This document shows, piece after piece, positions 27,028 to 34,709 of a stretch of 44,643 nt of DNA (position 1 is the stretch's first letter; each line of letters opens with the position of its first letter). The position numbers and the translations under genes are program-made. Source of the DNA: an uncultured Janthinobacterium sp. (GTDB taxonomy: Bacteria > Vulcanimicrobiota > Vulcanimicrobiia > Vulcanimicrobiales > Vulcanimicrobiaceae); the NCBI GenBank assembly GCA_964658025.1, contig CAZZXB010000005.1, positions 1 to 44,643 of the forward strand. Direction: 5' to 3'. The notes below the pieces were generated by a model. That model did not search any database. It was given only the letters and a program-made list of their open reading frames with translations, and was not told the DNA's origin.

Positions 27028-28161
27028 GTGCACGTGGTGTTCGTCGGACAGAGCGGTTCGAGTGCGGGCGGCGCCGAGCGGAGCATGCAACTACTGCTCT
27101 CGCATCTGCCCGAGCGGATCGCGTTCACGGTCGTGCTCTTCGAGGACGGTGCGTACGCGGACGAACTGCGCGGTCGCGGCTTCGCCGTCGAAGTCGTCCC
27201 GCTCGATTCGGGCGTGATGGGCGTCCAGCGCGAACGTCTTCCCATCTCCGCGGCGGCGGGATCGGTCGCGATGGTGCGCCGCTTGATCTCCGCGTTCCGC
27301 CGCCTCGCTCCCGACGTCGTCTACACGAACACCGTGAAGGCGCACGTGCTCGGGACGATCGCCGCGCGGCTCGCCGGCTTCCGGAGCGCGATGCATCTGC
27401 GCGACATCCTCGACGGGCGCGGACGCGACGTCCTGCGCGTCGTCGCTCGCACGTGCGCGAAACGGCGCATCGCGATCTCGCACGCCGTCGCGAACGCGCT
27501 CGCGGTTCCGCCGACGGAGGTCGTTCCGAATCCGCTCGATCTTGCCGAGTACGAGCGTCTCCCCGCGCGCGAGGCCGCCCGCGACGAACTCGGCCTCCCG
27601 CGCGACGTGCCGATCGTCGGCATCATCGGCCGGATCAATCGCTGGAAGGGCCACGACCGGTTCCTGCGCTCGATGGCGTTCGTCGCGAAACATTCGGGCG
27701 CGCATTTCGCGATCGTCGGCAAGCCGATGTTCCGCGACGCCGATTTCGTCGGCGAACTCGAGACGCTCGCCGCGTCGCTCGGCATCGGAGCGCGCGTCCA
27801 CTTCGTCCCGTGGCTCGAGGATCCGCGCGTCGCGTACGCCGCCTTCGACGTGAACTGTAACGCCTCGCACGAAGAACCGTTCGGTCGCACGATCATCGAA
27901 GCGGCCGCGTGCGGCGTGCCGACCGTGTGTTACGCGGAAGGCGGCGCGCCCGAAGCCGTCGCCGATCGCGAGAGCGGTCTCGTCGTCGCGGCGGGCGACG
28001 AGCGCGCGTTCGGCGGCGCCGTGCTCGAGCTCTTACTCGCCGATCGCGACGCGGTCGCACGACGGTGTCGCGCGCACGCGCGCACGTTCGATGCGGGGCT
28101 ACACGCCGAGCGTATCGCCGCGATCCTCGACGGTATGGTGGGAAAGAACGGCCATGTCTGA
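27028..28161 (+). CDS. Glycosyltransferase family 4 (GT-B, GT1/GT4 type)
   Basis: 'MHVVFVGQSGSSAGGAERSM', 'RINRWKGHD' and the C-terminal 'EEPFGRTIIEAAACGVPTV...GGAPEAV' (EX7E-like region). Confidence 0.85.
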   Translation: MHVVFVGQSGSSAGGAERSMQLLLSHLPERIAFTVVLFEDGAYADELRGRGFAVEVVPLDSGVMGVQRERLPISAAAGSVAMVRRLISAFRRLAPDVVYTNTVKAHVLGTIAARLAGFRSAMHLRDILDGRGRDVLRVVARTCAKRRIAISHAVANALAVPPTEVVPNPLDLAEYERLPAREAARDELGLPRDVPIVGIIGRINRWKGHDRFLRSMAFVAKHSGAHFAIVGKPMFRDADFVGELETLAASLGIGARVHFVPWLEDPRVAYAAFDVNCNASHEEPFGRTIIEAAACGVPTVCYAEGGAPEAVADRESGLVVAAGDERAFGGAVLELLLADRDAVARRCRAHARTFDAGLHAERIAAILDGMVGKNGHV

Positions 28162-29260
28162 GGGACCGAAGATCGCGATCGTCTCCGACCCGCTCGTGCA
28201 ACGCGGCGGCGCCGAACGGATCGTCGAGGCGCTCGCGGAGGCGTTTCCGAGCGCGCCCGTGTTCGCGTTACTCTATTCGGCCGAGACCGGGCCCGCGAGC
28301 ATCGCGGATCGGGTCCGCGCGTCGTGGCTCAATTCCGTCCCGCAGGCGACGAAACGGCACCGGCTGTTCTTTCCGTTCTATCGCGCGGCGATCGAATCGC
28401 TCGACGTCTCGGATTACGACGTGATCGTCTCGTCGCATCATACGGTCGGCAAGGGCGTCCTCACGCGCGCGGATCAGGTCCACGTCTCGTACTGCCACAC
28501 GCCGATGCGCGCGCTCTGGGAGCGCAGCGTCGCCGAATTGCAGACGCTCCCCGCGATCGCGCGGCCGCCCGTGGCCGCGCTCTTCTCGCACCTGCGCGTA
28601 TGGGACGTGGTGACCGCCGCGCGCGTGCAGAAGTTCGTCGCGAACAGCCGCACGACCCAGCGTCGGATCGCGACGTACTACCGCCGCGAGAGCGAACTCG
28701 TGTTTCCGGCGATCGATACCGAACGCTTCACGCCCGGCGGCGAGGTCGGCGATTACTATCTCGTCGCGTCGCGGCCGGTTCCGTACAAACGCGTCGACAT
28801 CGCGGTCGACGCCACGCGCCGGCTCGGGCGCGAGCTCGTCGTCGTCGGCGGTCTCCACGCGATGGGCAGCGACGTCCCCGCGCACGTCACGGCGCTCGGC
28901 CACGTCTCCGATACGGAATTGCGCGACCTCATGCGCGGCGCGCGCGCGCTGCTCTTCCCGCAATACGAGGACTTCGGGATGACGCCGCTCGAGGTCAACG
29001 CGTGCGGTCGGCCGGTGATCGCCTACGGCGCGGGCGGCGCGCTCGATACGGTGATCGACGGCGAGACGGGCATCCTCGCGTCCGAACAGAGCGTCGGAAG
29101 CTTCGTCGATGCGATCGAGCGTTTCGAGCGCGCGACGTTCGATGCCGAACGCGTCCGCGCGCACGCGCTCGCCTTCTCGCGCGATCGCTTCATCGATCGG
29201 ATGCGGGAGATCGTCGCACGTGCGTGGGTCGAACGCGGCCGGGCTTCGCCCAACGTGTGA
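28154..29260 (+). CDS. Glycosyltransferase family 4 (GT-B)
   Basis: 'KIAIVSDPLVQRGGAERIVEAL', 'YKRVDIAVDA' and 'EDFGMTPLEVNACGRPVIAYGAGGALDTV'. The start is set at the ATG at 28154, which overlaps the upstream gene by 8 nt. The track ORF from 28091 is over-extended. Confidence 0.85.
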   Translation: MSEGPKIAIVSDPLVQRGGAERIVEALAEAFPSAPVFALLYSAETGPASIADRVRASWLNSVPQATKRHRLFFPFYRAAIESLDVSDYDVIVSSHHTVGKGVLTRADQVHVSYCHTPMRALWERSVAELQTLPAIARPPVAALFSHLRVWDVVTAARVQKFVANSRTTQRRIATYYRRESELVFPAIDTERFTPGGEVGDYYLVASRPVPYKRVDIAVDATRRLGRELVVVGGLHAMGSDVPAHVTALGHVSDTELRDLMRGARALLFPQYEDFGMTPLEVNACGRPVIAYGAGGALDTVIDGETGILASEQSVGSFVDAIERFERATFDAERVRAHALAFSRDRFIDRMREIVARAWVERGRASPNV

Positions 29261-29344
29261 TCTGTGCTCGGCCTGGGAGCGGGGTGAAAACACGGTGATC
29301 GCCCAGAAAGTTGCCAGGATCGTATCGTACCGTCAGAACTTGGA

Positions 29345-30655
29345 ATGAGAGCAATGCAGATTCAGCGCGTGATCGAATCCGTCCGACGCGTTCTCGCGGT
29401 CGCCAGCGTCGCGATCGTGGTCGCCGGATGCGCGCATCGCGGCGGCGCGAAGGGCGGCCGGGCGGGGCGCGCGGCGGCCTCGCCGCCGCCGATCGCAACG
29501 ACGCAAGCGAAGACGCAGACGATCCATCCGACGCTGACGCTCGCGGGCATCATCGCTCCGTATCAGAACGTGGCGATCACGGCCTCGCTTTCGGAACCGA
29601 CGCTCCGCGTCAACGTGAACGAGGGCGATACCGTCCATGCGGGCGAGGTGCTCGCCGTCCAAGACGTGACCGATCTGCAGGCCAACCTCGAGGCGCAGAA
29701 CAGCCTCGCGCAGTCCGACGACGCGCGGATCGCGCAGAGCAAGTACACGGCCGATCTCAATTACGGTCAGAATCCCGATGCCGTGCGGCAGCAGCGCGCG
29801 AACCTCCGGCAGGCGCAGCACACGCTCGCGCAGGCGAAGATCGATCTCGCGCGGGACAAAGACCTCGCCTCGAACGGCTACATCTCGGACCAGATCTACG
29901 TCCAACAGCAGACGACCGTCGCGAACGACGAGCAATCCGTCCGTTCCGCGGCGGCGGCGCTGTCGTCGGCACAAACCAATAACGACATCAACGGCTCGCC
30001 GACGCGTAACGGCTTGCAATCGGCGAACATCGACTCGGCGGTCGCCTCCGCGGCCTCGGCTCGCGCTCAGGCCGATCAGATCAAGGCGCAGATCTCGCGC
30101 GCGACGATCGTCTCGCCCGTCGACGGCGTCGTGGTCAACCGCAACCTCAATCCGGGCGAGTATCCCGGCGGCCGCACGGCGTTCACGATCCAAGAGATCT
30201 CGAAGGTGTATGCCATCCTCAACGCCTCGAGCGCCGACGTCTTCCGCATCTCGAACGGTGCCGCGGTCGGCGTGACGGCCGGCGACGACCGCAGCGGTCG
30301 CAAGTACGATGGGACGGTCGTCGGCGTCCTCGGGCAGGTGCAGCCCGGCTCGACGAACTTCACGGTCAAGGCGGTGCTCGCGAATCCCGGGAACCGCCTG
30401 CAATCCGGGATTCCCGTGACCGCGACGATCGCGCTCGCGCCGATCACGGGCGTCGCGGTTCCGGCGACGGCATTTCTCGACGACTCGCACGGATCGCTCG
30501 TCGTCGATCGCGGCGGAAACGCGGCGGTCGCGAACGTCCGCGAACTCGGAACGTCGGGCAACACGTCGATCGTCTCGGGGATCGACGAAGGGACGACCGT
30601 CGTCTCGAACGGTCAGCTCGGGATCACGAACGGGCAGAAACTCGGCGCGCGATAG
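29345..30655 (+). CDS. Efflux RND periplasmic adaptor (membrane fusion protein, HlyD/AcrA family), probable lipoprotein
   Basis: Signal peptide ending in the lipobox 'VVAGC'. A lipoyl-like hairpin 'VNVNEGDTVHAGEVLAVQD', a coiled-coil stretch (QANLEAQ...LRQAQHTLAQAKIDLARDKDL), 'IVSPVDGVVVNRNLNPGEY' and beta-barrel/MP domains follow. Confidence 0.88.
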   Translation: MRAMQIQRVIESVRRVLAVASVAIVVAGCAHRGGAKGGRAGRAAASPPPIATTQAKTQTIHPTLTLAGIIAPYQNVAITASLSEPTLRVNVNEGDTVHAGEVLAVQDVTDLQANLEAQNSLAQSDDARIAQSKYTADLNYGQNPDAVRQQRANLRQAQHTLAQAKIDLARDKDLASNGYISDQIYVQQQTTVANDEQSVRSAAAALSSAQTNNDINGSPTRNGLQSANIDSAVASAASARAQADQIKAQISRATIVSPVDGVVVNRNLNPGEYPGGRTAFTIQEISKVYAILNASSADVFRISNGAAVGVTAGDDRSGRKYDGTVVGVLGQVQPGSTNFTVKAVLANPGNRLQSGIPVTATIALAPITGVAVPATAFLDDSHGSLVVDRGGNAAVANVRELGTSGNTSIVSGIDEGTTVVSNGQLGITNGQKLGAR

Positions 30656-30692
30656 TGACGCTCGTGGGTCGCGCTAACCGCGGGATGCGCGC

Positions 30693-33600
30693 GTGTCGCT
30701 GACGCGGCTCTTCGTCCGCCGTCCGACGCTCGTCGTCGTCGTGCTCGCGCTCGTCGCGATCGCGGGCGTGCTCGCGTTCGCGGGGCTCGTCCAGCAGAAT
30801 TTTCCGAACATCGATTTTCCGACGATCCAGGTCCGCACGTCGTATGCGGGCGCGTCGCCGAGCGAGATCCGCGACGCGATCGTCAAGCCGATCGAAGACG
30901 CGATCGCGGGCGCGCCGAACCTCGACCACCTCACGACGAACATCCAGTCGGGTCAGGCGACGATCACCGCGACCTTCGAACTCGGCTCGGATCAGACGAG
31001 CGATCTCGTGGAAGTCCAACGCCGCGTCGAATCGACGCGCTCGGTCCTTCCGACCGATCTCACCGCGCCGACGATCGGGTCGTTCGATCCCGCGCAGACG
31101 GTGGTGGCGACGTATTCGGTCACCTCGACGTCGCTCACGCAAGCCGAGCTCTCGGCGATCGTCACCAATAATATCGTACCGGAGATCGAACAGGTCGACG
31201 GCGTCTCGAACGTCAACGCGGGCGGGACGGTCACGCCGTCGATCCAAGTCGAAGTCGATCCGCACAAGCTCGACGCGACGCAGTTCACGCTCGGCGACAT
31301 CGTGACGTCGATCTCGAGCAATAACGTCCGCGCGCCGGGCGGCATCGCGTACGGTTCCGATCGCGAGACGTCCGTCGACGTGCGCGGCGACGTGACCGAT
31401 CCGCTCAGCGTCGCGATGCTCCCGATCTTTTCGTCGGCCGGCGGCACGGGCGCCGCAACGCTCACGGGACCGCAGGGCGGCACGGGATTGCAGAGTCCGG
31501 CGAACAGCACCGGCACGTCCGCCGCGACTTCGAGCGCGGTCGCCGGGGGCTCGTCGTCGACGACCTCCGCCGCGACCTCCACCGCTTCGAATTCGACGAC
31601 CTCGAGCACGTCGAGCACGTCGACGGGCTCGACGCTCTCGACCTCGACGACCGTCAACGGAACGACCGCCGCGAGCGCCTCGAATTCGTCGGCGACGAAC
31701 GCGTCGGCCGCGACCTCGAGTCAGACGACCGCCACGTCCGTCGGCGCGAGCACGCCGTCCGCGACCGCGACGTCGGCCGCACAATCCGCTTCGAACGGGG
31801 CGAGCACGGCCACGACCGGTTCGTCGTCGGGATCGTCCGCGACGGGCTCGACCTCGACGCAATCCGGATCCTCGAACGCGAACGGCTCCTCCGGAAGCGC
31901 GATCTCGGTCACCACGGGATCGTCGAGCACGCTCTCGAGCGGATCGGCCTCGACCGCGACCGGCGGGAATACCACGACGAGTTCGGGTGCCCGTGCGAGC
32001 GCGACGATCGCACCCGTCTCGCCGCAGAACGTGACGACGGGCTCGTCGACGTCGACGACCGTGCAGACCGGCGCCACGAGTTCGCCGTCGCCTTCGAGCG
32101 ATACCGCGTCGTCGACCGCGGGGAGCAACGCGTCCGACGCGATCTCGTTTACGAACGGGTCGAGCGCGGGCGCGACGTCGTCGACGGATAGCTCGAACGC
32201 GGGCTCGTCGGGCTCGTCGTCGGGGAGCACCACTTCGACCTCGTCGTCGGGGAGCACGACCTCGACCTCGTCGTCGGGATCGAGTTCGTCGTCGCTCTCG
32301 AGTCTCAACCCGTGGAGCGTGTCGTCGCGCATCTATCGGATCGCCGACGTCGCGCGCGTATACGCGGGGTTCGAGATCAAGCGCGTGTTCGGCTACATCG
32401 GCGCGGGCCCCGCGATCACGCTCTCGGTGCAGAAGGCGACGGGCGCGAGCGAGATCACCGCGTCGCGCAACGTGCAGGCGGCGATTCCGGCGATCTCGCG
32501 CGAGTATCCGCAGCTCGCGATCGCGCCGCTCAACATCCAAGCCGACTACACCCAGCAACAGCTCGACAGCGTCTACCGCTCGCTCGCCGAAGGCATCCTC
32601 TTCACGGGCATCGTGATGATGTTCTTCCTACGCTCGTGGCGCAACGCGATCGTCGTGTTGATCGCGATCCCGTCGTCGTTACTCGTCACGCTCTTCGTGA
32701 TGCGGCTCGCGAACTTCACGATCGATACGATCTCGCTCCTCGCGATGACGCTCGTGATCGGCATCCTCGTCGACGATTCGATCGTCGTGCTCGAGAACAC
32801 CGAACGCCATTACGAAGACGGCGAGGCGCCGCAGACGGCCGCGATCCTCGGCCGCACGGAGATCGGTCCGGCGGCGATCGTCATCACGCTCGTCGACGTC
32901 GTCGTGTTCTTGCCGGTCGCGTTCTTACCCGGGACGGTCGGGCGTTTTCTCGCGGAGTTCGGGCTCGTCGTCGTCGTCGCGACGCTCACGTCGCTCGCCG
33001 TCTCGTTCACCATCACGCCGGCGCTCGCCGGCAACTGGTCGTTGCTCTCGAAGTGGAAGACCCCGTGGATCGTCGATCGGTTCACGGCCGCGTTTCACGC
33101 GACGCGACGCTTCTACGTCGAGCGCGTCCTCGATTGGGCGCTCGGACACAAGTTCGTCGTCGCCGCCGTATCGTTGCTGCTCGTCGTCGGATCGATCTCG
33201 CTCGTGCCGCTCGGCTTCGTCGGATTCGAATTCATCCCGGCGGTCGATCGCGGCGAGATCTTCCTGCAACTCACGTTTCCGACCGGGACGCCGCTCGCGA
33301 CGACGAACGCCGCGATCGCCCGCCTCTCGAAACAGATCGGCGCGTATCCCGACGTGAAGCGGCTCACGGGGACCGCGGGATCGTATCAGTCGGGCTTCGG
33401 CGGCAACCTCGCCGAAGGTTCGGTCGGACAGATCCACGTGTTCTTGGTCGACAACCCCAAGCGCACGACGTTGCAGTGGGTGACGCAACTCAACAAGCTC
33501 GCGACGCGCGAGTATCCGGGCGCGAAACCCGCGGCGATCCCGGCGACCGGGACGGGCGGCGGCAACGCGCAACCGATCGATTACGTCATCACCTCCAACG

Positions 33601-34709
33601 ACGATCAACCCGAGAAGTACGCGCCGCAGATCCTCGACGCGCTCAAGAAGACGCCCGGCACGCTCAATCCCAACGACTCGCTCGCGAACCTCCAACCGCA
33701 GGTCGACGTCACCTTCGATCGGGAGCGCGCGCGCGCGCTCGGCATCGATATCGCGACCGCGGCGAACGCCGTACGCGCGTCGTTCGGCGGCACGCAGGCC
33801 GCGCAGTTCGAGACGTCGCTCGGCACGCAATACGTCCAAGTGACGTATCCGCAGAGCGCGCAGACGTCGACGACGTCGATCGCCGATATTCCGATCCGCA
33901 CGCGCGCGGGCAACCTCGCCTACGTCGGCGACGTGGCGCATCTCGTCGAGAATCCGACGTCGCCGCTCATGTCGCGCGTGAACCGGCAGACCGTCGTCCA
34001 CCTGAGTTCGAACGTCCAGCCGGGCTTCGTGCAGTCGAACGTGCAGAACGATTTTCTCAAGCGCGTCGACGCGCTGCATCTGCCCGCGGGCGTGCAGATC
34101 GGCCCGAATGCCGGCGGTCAGGCGCAGAATCTCGGCGAGACGGTCAACGGGCTCGTCGCCTCGTTACTGCTCTCGTTCGCGCTCGTCTATCTCCTGATGG
34201 TCGCGCTCTACGATAGCTATCGCCTGCCCTTCATCATCATGTTCGCGATCCCGGTCGCGGCGGTCGGCGCGGTCGGCGCGCTCGCGCTCACCGGACAATC
34301 GCTCAACCTCTTCTCTCTGATCGGAACGGTCATGCTCGTCGGGCTCGCCTCCAAGAACGGAATCTTGCTCGTCGATTTCGCGAACCATCGCTTGCGGCGC
34401 GGCATCGATCGCTACGCGGCGATCCGCGAGAGCGCGATGGAGCGCTTCCGTCCGATCGTGATGACGACGTTCTCGATGATCGCGGGGATGACGCCGATCG
34501 CGCTCGCCCTCGATCCCGGCTCCGCGACGCGTCGGTCGCTCGGCATCGTCGTGATCGGCGGACTCGTGAGCTCGCTCGTCCTCACGTTGCTCATCGTTCC
34601 CGTCGCCTTCGTGTGGTTCGCGCCGCGTCACGCGACGCCGGAACCGACCGACGACGACGACACGGCGCGGCCCGCGCTGCAGCCCGGAATGGCGGGAGTT
34701 TCCTCATGA
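30693..34709 (+). CDS. RND efflux permease (AcrB/MdtB-like, HAE1-type) with a low-complexity periplasmic insertion of about 290 aa; 1338 aa
   Basis: 'RRPTLVVVVLALVAIAG', 'VLIAIPSSLLVTLFVM', 'LLAMTLVIGILVDDSIVVLENTERH' and a second-half repeat 'LIGTVMLVGLASKNGILLVDFA'. It is collinear with the downstream paralog except at residues about 247-538. GTG start. Confidence 0.93.
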   Translation: MSLTRLFVRRPTLVVVVLALVAIAGVLAFAGLVQQNFPNIDFPTIQVRTSYAGASPSEIRDAIVKPIEDAIAGAPNLDHLTTNIQSGQATITATFELGSDQTSDLVEVQRRVESTRSVLPTDLTAPTIGSFDPAQTVVATYSVTSTSLTQAELSAIVTNNIVPEIEQVDGVSNVNAGGTVTPSIQVEVDPHKLDATQFTLGDIVTSISSNNVRAPGGIAYGSDRETSVDVRGDVTDPLSVAMLPIFSSAGGTGAATLTGPQGGTGLQSPANSTGTSAATSSAVAGGSSSTTSAATSTASNSTTSSTSSTSTGSTLSTSTTVNGTTAASASNSSATNASAATSSQTTATSVGASTPSATATSAAQSASNGASTATTGSSSGSSATGSTSTQSGSSNANGSSGSAISVTTGSSSTLSSGSASTATGGNTTTSSGARASATIAPVSPQNVTTGSSTSTTVQTGATSSPSPSSDTASSTAGSNASDAISFTNGSSAGATSSTDSSNAGSSGSSSGSTTSTSSSGSTTSTSSSGSSSSSLSSLNPWSVSSRIYRIADVARVYAGFEIKRVFGYIGAGPAITLSVQKATGASEITASRNVQAAIPAISREYPQLAIAPLNIQADYTQQQLDSVYRSLAEGILFTGIVMMFFLRSWRNAIVVLIAIPSSLLVTLFVMRLANFTIDTISLLAMTLVIGILVDDSIVVLENTERHYEDGEAPQTAAILGRTEIGPAAIVITLVDVVVFLPVAFLPGTVGRFLAEFGLVVVVATLTSLAVSFTITPALAGNWSLLSKWKTPWIVDRFTAAFHATRRFYVERVLDWALGHKFVVAAVSLLLVVGSISLVPLGFVGFEFIPAVDRGEIFLQLTFPTGTPLATTNAAIARLSKQIGAYPDVKRLTGTAGSYQSGFGGNLAEGSVGQIHVFLVDNPKRTTLQWVTQLNKLATREYPGAKPAAIPATGTGGGNAQPIDYVITSNDDQPEKYAPQILDALKKTPGTLNPNDSLANLQPQVDVTFDRERARALGIDIATAANAVRASFGGTQAAQFETSLGTQYVQVTYPQSAQTSTTSIADIPIRTRAGNLAYVGDVAHLVENPTSPLMSRVNRQTVVHLSSNVQPGFVQSNVQNDFLKRVDALHLPAGVQIGPNAGGQAQNLGETVNGLVASLLLSFALVYLLMVALYDSYRLPFIIMFAIPVAAVGAVGALALTGQSLNLFSLIGTVMLVGLASKNGILLVDFANHRLRRGIDRYAAIRESAMERFRPIVMTTFSMIAGMTPIALALDPGSATRRSLGIVVIGGLVSSLVLTLLIVPVAFVWFAPRHATPEPTDDDDTARPALQPGMAGVSS
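31431..32306 (+). repeat. In-frame low-complexity Ser/Thr/Gly/Ala(Asn)-rich coding insertion inside the RND permease
   Basis: The translation 'SSAGGTGAATLTGPQGGTGLQSPANSTGTSAATSS...GSSSGSTTSTSSSGSTTSTSSSGSSSSSLSSL' has essentially no charged or aromatic residues. The paralog has only about 25 residues ('LLLTGGASSSGSTLGTDVFSTQN') at the same position. Confidence 0.9.
32214..32280 (+). repeat. 27-nt tandem repeat, about 2.5 copies (TCGTCGTCGGGGAGCACSACYTCGACC), encoding SSSGSTTST units
   Basis: Unit 1 (32214-32240) and unit 2 (32241-32267) differ at 2 of 27 positions. A third, partial unit follows. Read directly from the sequence. Confidence 0.85.

Noticed and set aside
32214-32280. Regularly spaced direct repeats that might suggest a CRISPR array.
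   Set aside because: The 27-nt units are directly abutting with no spacers, lie in frame inside a coding sequence, and encode a peptide repeat. No cas genes are present.
30624-32558. A 644-aa Arg/Gly-rich ORF and a 203-aa Asp/Glu/Val/Pro-rich ORF (31721-32332), both on the minus strand opposite the S/T-rich insertion.
   Set aside because: They are mirror images of the TCG/ACG/GGC-rich coding repeat; the complement of Ser/Thr codons gives Asp/Glu/Arg/Val. The plus-strand frame is continuous with bona fide RND domains on both sides.
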